This document shows positions 58,885 to 64,000 of a DNA stretch of 64,000 bases, in pieces (within the stretch, counting starts at the first letter, position 1; the number at the start of each line of letters is the position of its first letter). Source of the DNA: Schmidtea polychroa (Eukaryota); the NCBI GenBank assembly GCA_044892525.1, contig CM097885.1:48548001-48612000 (forward strand), written 5' to 3'. The notes under the pieces were generated by a model. It ran no database searches and was not told the origin of the DNA. It was given only the letters and a program-made list of their open reading frames with translations. The position numbers and the translations under genes are program-made.

Positions 58885-61800
58885 TTATAATTTATTTTTT
58901 AAACTTTCAGTCATTGATGACTGTAGATATCTTTTAATCTCCAGTCTATGATCTTCGAATTCTTTTTCTGATAGGTTTTGAATGTAATCGAGGTCGGTGT
59001 TTAAATATTTAAAGTTTATATTTTCAAGTTTAGCTAATTGCACATCTGTGAAGTTTGTAGCATACAAGTTATTTAATCTCGGTAGGTTTTTTATTACTGG
59101 GATTAAATTATTCCCGATTGGAAGTGTTGTTTTCAAATCACTCAGTATACAGCGTTTATCATCATAATTTGATATTGCAACTTTATTTGATTCTTCTAAG
59201 TACATGTCATGCCTCTCGGATTTAAGTTGATGAACTTCAACTATTTTATCTACATAGTTTTTATTTAGAGCGTCTTTATAGTCTTGATGCGTTAGTCTTT
59301 TCGATATGCATTTTTGTATTCCTTTACTTTTGTTTTCCTTAAAGACTTTATCATTGTCAAATACTACTACTGGTACTGAATATGTTTGATCATCGATCTT
59401 AATTGAATGGGTTTCAATCCTCTGGGCTTCAACCGTTTCCAGTGAATATTGTTTAGACCTAATAAATACAGCACTAGTTATTGGAGTATTCGGCTTTTCA
59501 TCATTGAAGACTAATAAATCCCCAGTTGAATTTATTACCGCGTTTAGGCTTTCGTTTGCAGCTATTTCCTCTTTTAAGCTTGGGAAGTCTATAATGTTTT
59601 CTACTTTTAAAAACATACTGTCGGTATCCATTGCATGCATTGATATTCTATTTTTAAAATGTGGCAGTAGTTTATCATAATAGGTTTCATACATTTGCAG
59701 TTTTGATAATTCTAAAACAGTGAAGCCTATAAAGATTGGTTTGTTATAAGTCTTGACATTATTTTTCAGTTCAATGGCCACAAGGTTCTCGGGGAATACT
59801 TCTGCATTTTTGAATGTAGGTTTCCCAATCATTCGATTATACCTCTTGATATCCTTTGGAGTATTTGCTAATAATTCTACATGTGTATATTTGTCAACAT
59901 TTTCCATTGTCTTTCCAAAGACTGAATTATTTGAAAGCTTATAAATCATATCAAAGTTAGCGTTTCCCATTCTTTTTGCCTCTTTCCTTTTGGCGATATT
60001 TCCCATTATAAAGGGTTTCATGAATGCAGTTTGTCTAAACTTTATGATTGAATGTACAGTTTTTAAAACCATTCCATGTGAAAGATAAAATTGTAACAGT
60101 CGATAGTGACAAAGGTAATAACTCTTATCGGTTTGTCATCCGATCTTGTTCAATCTGCCAAGGTAAAAGTTCATTTGGATCTATTTTTCTTTTCACAGGT
60201 GCAAATGGAAAATATCTAGTTGAAGATTTTATTTCATCAGGGTATTCTAGATCACATTCTATAACATATCCTATTTCTGAATCCTTTGCGGTTAATAATA
60301 TTTCTGTTATAAGCTCTATAGGAACATATTCAAAACCATCAATTGGTAAAGGTTGAGCCATTGATCCTGAATATAGGGCATTTGCATCTATGTAGATAAT
60401 CTCTGATGGATTATTTAAACCCTCCATTATTAAATTTAAATTCTCTTCTGTTTTTATTTCTACACCACATGCTTCAGGATCTTCACTGAAGAATTTCTTG
60501 TATAGAGTTGTAAAATTGTTTGCAGTGATTTCTCGATCTCCCATCACAGAGCTAATACCCCCACGAATATTTTCTTTAAATAGATTAAACATATCAATAT
60601 CAGTTAATAGTTCTATGGACGTAGTCCCAGAGCTCTGAGAGGACCCAGAATGGTCTGTTCCAGCTGTCCGCATTGTATATAATAAACAATCCCAAGATAA
60701 AGATGGAAACGATATATAATTATAAGGCTTTAATTCAAATGCCTTGCAAAAATTCTCGAAACAATCTGCTAGGATATAAACATCAAGGGATAAATACATG
60801 TCAGTATATTCTCCCATATTTTTACATTTGAAAAGTTCCCACATTTTATTCCCTCGGGCATATTCCTGATTGCTTATATCCATTTGATTTAATATTGAAA
60901 AAAACAAGTCTTGAGGGGGTAAAGATGTTTCATTATATCTATCAAAGGAGTCGATGTAATCATAAGGATAGATTCCTTTTGCCAAACAGGTTTTATATTC
61001 CTCCTGGGGAATATTATTTTTTACTAATACTCTTTCTATTGTATGGGTAAAGTCTTCAGGTTTCATGGTTTTTGCTATTGCATCTAGTGACATTCCTATA
61101 AAGTTGAGAGAATCTATAAATTTTAAACACCCATATTGCACACATTTATATTTTTCCTTTGTTAGTCCTATAACCTTGAAGGGGTTTTTAGCACTTACAG
61201 CTAGACGTTTTATAAATAGGTGGATGTCGTATCCAAAAAGATTATGGAATACAACTGGGATAAATCCAGGTCTTTTACAATTTAAGTTGCAATCCCTATG
61301 GGCTGCTCCCCTATAATTATTTTCTTTTTTAAAGTGGTCATGGTCAGGGACTTTTATGTTTGCATGAAATAATATTTCTTCCTCTTCTTCAGGATTCAAA
61401 CCCTCAAGACTTGGAGGATTAAATCCTTGCTTGCACATCCAGCAAGTTGTGCAGTCTTTATATTCCCCCCATTGTTGGTCTGAAAAATTTATAGGGAAGT
61501 TAGTTTTTAATTTTTTAAAAAGTTTATGCTCTAAATCATTTATGGATTTAGTGAAATGATCTAGGGTTTCTTCCTCTGAAGATCCTCTAAATGAAAATTC
61601 TTCAGATTTAATGAGGTCAGGGTAATTACTTTTAAAAAATAGTTTATAAGCCGATGCCACTTGTTTTGTAAGTTTTACAGTGTAGGACTTATTATTTAAT
61701 TTTAAAAGATCTTTCATATCCTCCCATTTTGAAGATTTTAAAGAATCCAATAGATTATTTTTTTCTATTAATTTGAAATATTCCTGGTTTAGATCCTGTT

Positions 61801-63250
61801 TTATATTTATACCTTCAAAGTCACCATATATCACACCTAGGGTTTCTAGTAGGTTTGAAAAGTTTTTAAAATACATCTTTGCGTTTACAGGTAAAGGCAT
61901 TTTAATTAAAGCCGGCAAGTTCTTACAACATAATCTTTCATGTTTAAATGCTGTAATATCTGAAACCGAATAATGAAGACATCTTTTACAAGTTATTCCC
62001 CCTCTAACTTCTGTATTCGATCTCATAAAAGCTTGAAAGTTTTTTATGAGGATATAGTGTTGTTTTCTTTGACCTTCGGACCTTTCTTCTATTTGACCTT
62101 CGGACTCTTCAGACTCTTCTTCTGAAAGATCTTCTGACTCTGTAGCGCCTTCTTCCAATATTAAAAGATCTATTTCCCTATCTTGGTCACTATCTGAAAT
62201 GTATATTGGAATGATGTTTTTTTTAAAATCATCATGATTATGGTACATGTATTCATAAATATTAATTTTGAGATTATTTAGACTTTCAAATTTTGGTACA
62301 TCACAGATTTTCATTGGATGTTTAAAATCTTTTGGATATAACAATTCATTCTCATAAGGTTTGTATTTTGATACTCTTTGGGGGTTTGTAGCTTGAGGAT
62401 GTAAATATGCAAGGATCGCCCATTGAAAACATTTATTGTCACTATTTTCTACATTTACAACACAATTTGATCTGAAAGGTGTTGGAATGTATGATTTAGG
62501 GTTAGGTGGTGCCCCTCTCCAATATATAATTTGCATATTTTGAAAGGAGTGAAATCTTAAATCCGATTCCCCTAATTCCTGTTCCGCTTGTTCTTGTTGT
62601 GCTTGAGCTTCTTTAGTTATTTCTTTCATGATTTTATTAATCCCTTTGGTTGAATGTAAATATTTATATGGTGTTTCAATATCAGAAATTAAAGGAACTG
62701 TGTTTGCTTCTTCCCCTCTCCAATACCTTGCCTGGATTATAATTTTATATTTTATCACATTAAATCTCGATTTCCCAAATTTATTCAAAGCATCATCCAT
62801 TGATTTTTTTATGTTTTTTTTGTTTTTATTTATATATCCCAAGATTGATGAATCTTGAAATGCTTCTTCAAATATATCTATGTGATTAAACTCATCCCAA
62901 TTATATTTTTCTCTTTCAACATGTTCAGGTTCTTCTTCATACACTTCCTCCTGATCACTTTCTATAATCTCTATTGCACATTTTTTTACATGTTTTTTAA
63001 AATAAGATTCTATAGATGTTTTAAATTTATATATTGAACACTCAAAAATTTTTCTTTTTTTAGGAATGCCAATACAACTTATAAAATGTCGATCGTATCC
63101 AGAAAGTAAAAATCTTTCTTTACATTTAGTACAGATTTTTGAATTGATGTCATTTAGTTGGTTGGTTTTTAATAAATGAGCTTTTGATCTTTGATGAGAT
63201 ATTAATGCCGATTTATTTTTAAAAGTTTTTTCACACGCTTCACAATTCAT
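58885..63250 (-). pseudogene. polB: Protein-primed family B DNA polymerase with N-terminal zinc fingers and an endonuclease VII-like insertion; frameshift at about 60125-60140
   Basis: YGDFE (ExoI), CWMC..DHDH...YRGAAHRDCNL (endo VII), FHNLFGYD, KGIYPYDY, DANALYS (motif A), KLSNNSVFGKT (B), DTDS (C). The frames join through QTDKSYYLCHYRLLQFYLSHGM. Confidence 0.95.
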
Positions 63251-63307
63251 TTTTTTTAAATATTTTTTTATTGGGTACCCGGTTTTCAGTTTTTAAAATA
63301 TATTTAT

Positions 63308-63563
63308 AAATTAGCAAACTGCGCAGATTCAGACTAGTAGTGTTAGAACTATACACTTGAGCGCACCCTCACCTCTTCCCTTTCCATCGCGCTCGGATGG
63401 AGGGCTCTCAGACAGAGGGCTTTTGTTTTGGGTTTTTTCGTTAAAAAAATATTAAAACATGTAATAAAACAATAGGTTTTTTATATTAAAGTGTGATAAT
63501 TGAGGGGCTTGGAATTGGACGCTTTGCGGTGGGTGTGCTCAAGTGTATAGTTCTAACACTACT
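63308..63563 (-). repeat. Right terminal inverted repeat
   Basis: Inverted copy of 49676-49931. Confidence 0.95.
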
Positions 63564-63791
63564 CATCAACCTATTTTTAACAACCACTTATTTTCAACAT
63601 CAACTTATTTTCAACATAAACCTATTTTTAACATCAACATATTTTCAACATGAATCTATTTTTAACAACAGCTTATTTTCGACATCAACTTATTTTCAAC
63701 ATCAACCTATTTTTAACATCAACCTATTTTCAACATCAACCTATTCTGAAAATCAACCTTTTCTCATTATCAATCTATTTTCAACATCAAC
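63564..63791. repeat. Continuation of the 17-bp minisatellite
   Basis: Same unit, in register with the left flank. Confidence 0.95.
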
Positions 63792-64000
63792 AATAGTGAG
63801 AAGTGAGGAGTATAAACCAAGCCAAATATACACTATTACGTAATATGTCTATGGGTACCCTATGGGGCGGTATAGCGTTACGTAATATTGTAAAATTACG
63901 TAATCACATATAAAATGCCGTAATTATATTTTGATTACGTAATAACGGATATTTTTAATTTCCCGTCATAATTGACCCCCTTATGTACTAATTGACCTTT

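Larger units (their letters stand above)
49676..63563. mobile_element. Complete Polinton/Maverick (adintovirus-like endogenous virus), 13,888 bp
   Basis: AGTAGT...ACTACT termini, about 256-bp TIRs, 6-bp TSD CATCAA (49670-49675, 63564-63569); carries pPolB, integrase, ATPase, protease, MCP and penton genes. Confidence 0.97.

Overview
Very AT-rich animal genomic DNA with 45-47 bp minimal introns; a planarian flatworm is plausible, but that is inference. Two host genes lie on the + strand. The first is an 8-exon cholinesterase-family gene (7407-29092, about 692 aa) that has lost the catalytic Ser and His and ends in a GPI-signal-like tail. The second is RWDD4 (30385-31297). Introns and intergenic DNA hold hAT MITEs, Helitrons, Merlin, Penelope and Gypsy fragments, and a minimal hammerhead ribozyme (18416-18457). 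A decayed Gypsy/Ty3 element (about 32050-41050, - strand) has a long extra 5' coding region with an exactly 76-aa ubiquitin-like domain ending in GG, in frame with Gag, and it is interrupted by two hAT insertions with 8-bp TSDs. After remnants of an older Polinton and a 17-bp higher-order satellite comes a complete 13.9-kb Polinton/Maverick (adintovirus-like; 49676-63563; AGTAGT...ACTACT ends, about 256-bp TIRs, 6-bp TSD CATCAA). It encodes MCP, a PLA2-integrase fusion, packaging ATPase, core proteins, protease, penton, a fiber-like protein, a YPxL/PSAP membrane protein, an HTH protein and pPolB. Most unusual: each TIR contains a self-contained 228-bp unit with its own two termini; short GC-rich motifs recur in frame in unrelated genes of the element; and many of its genes share a leaderless TATAAAA(A)TG start motif.
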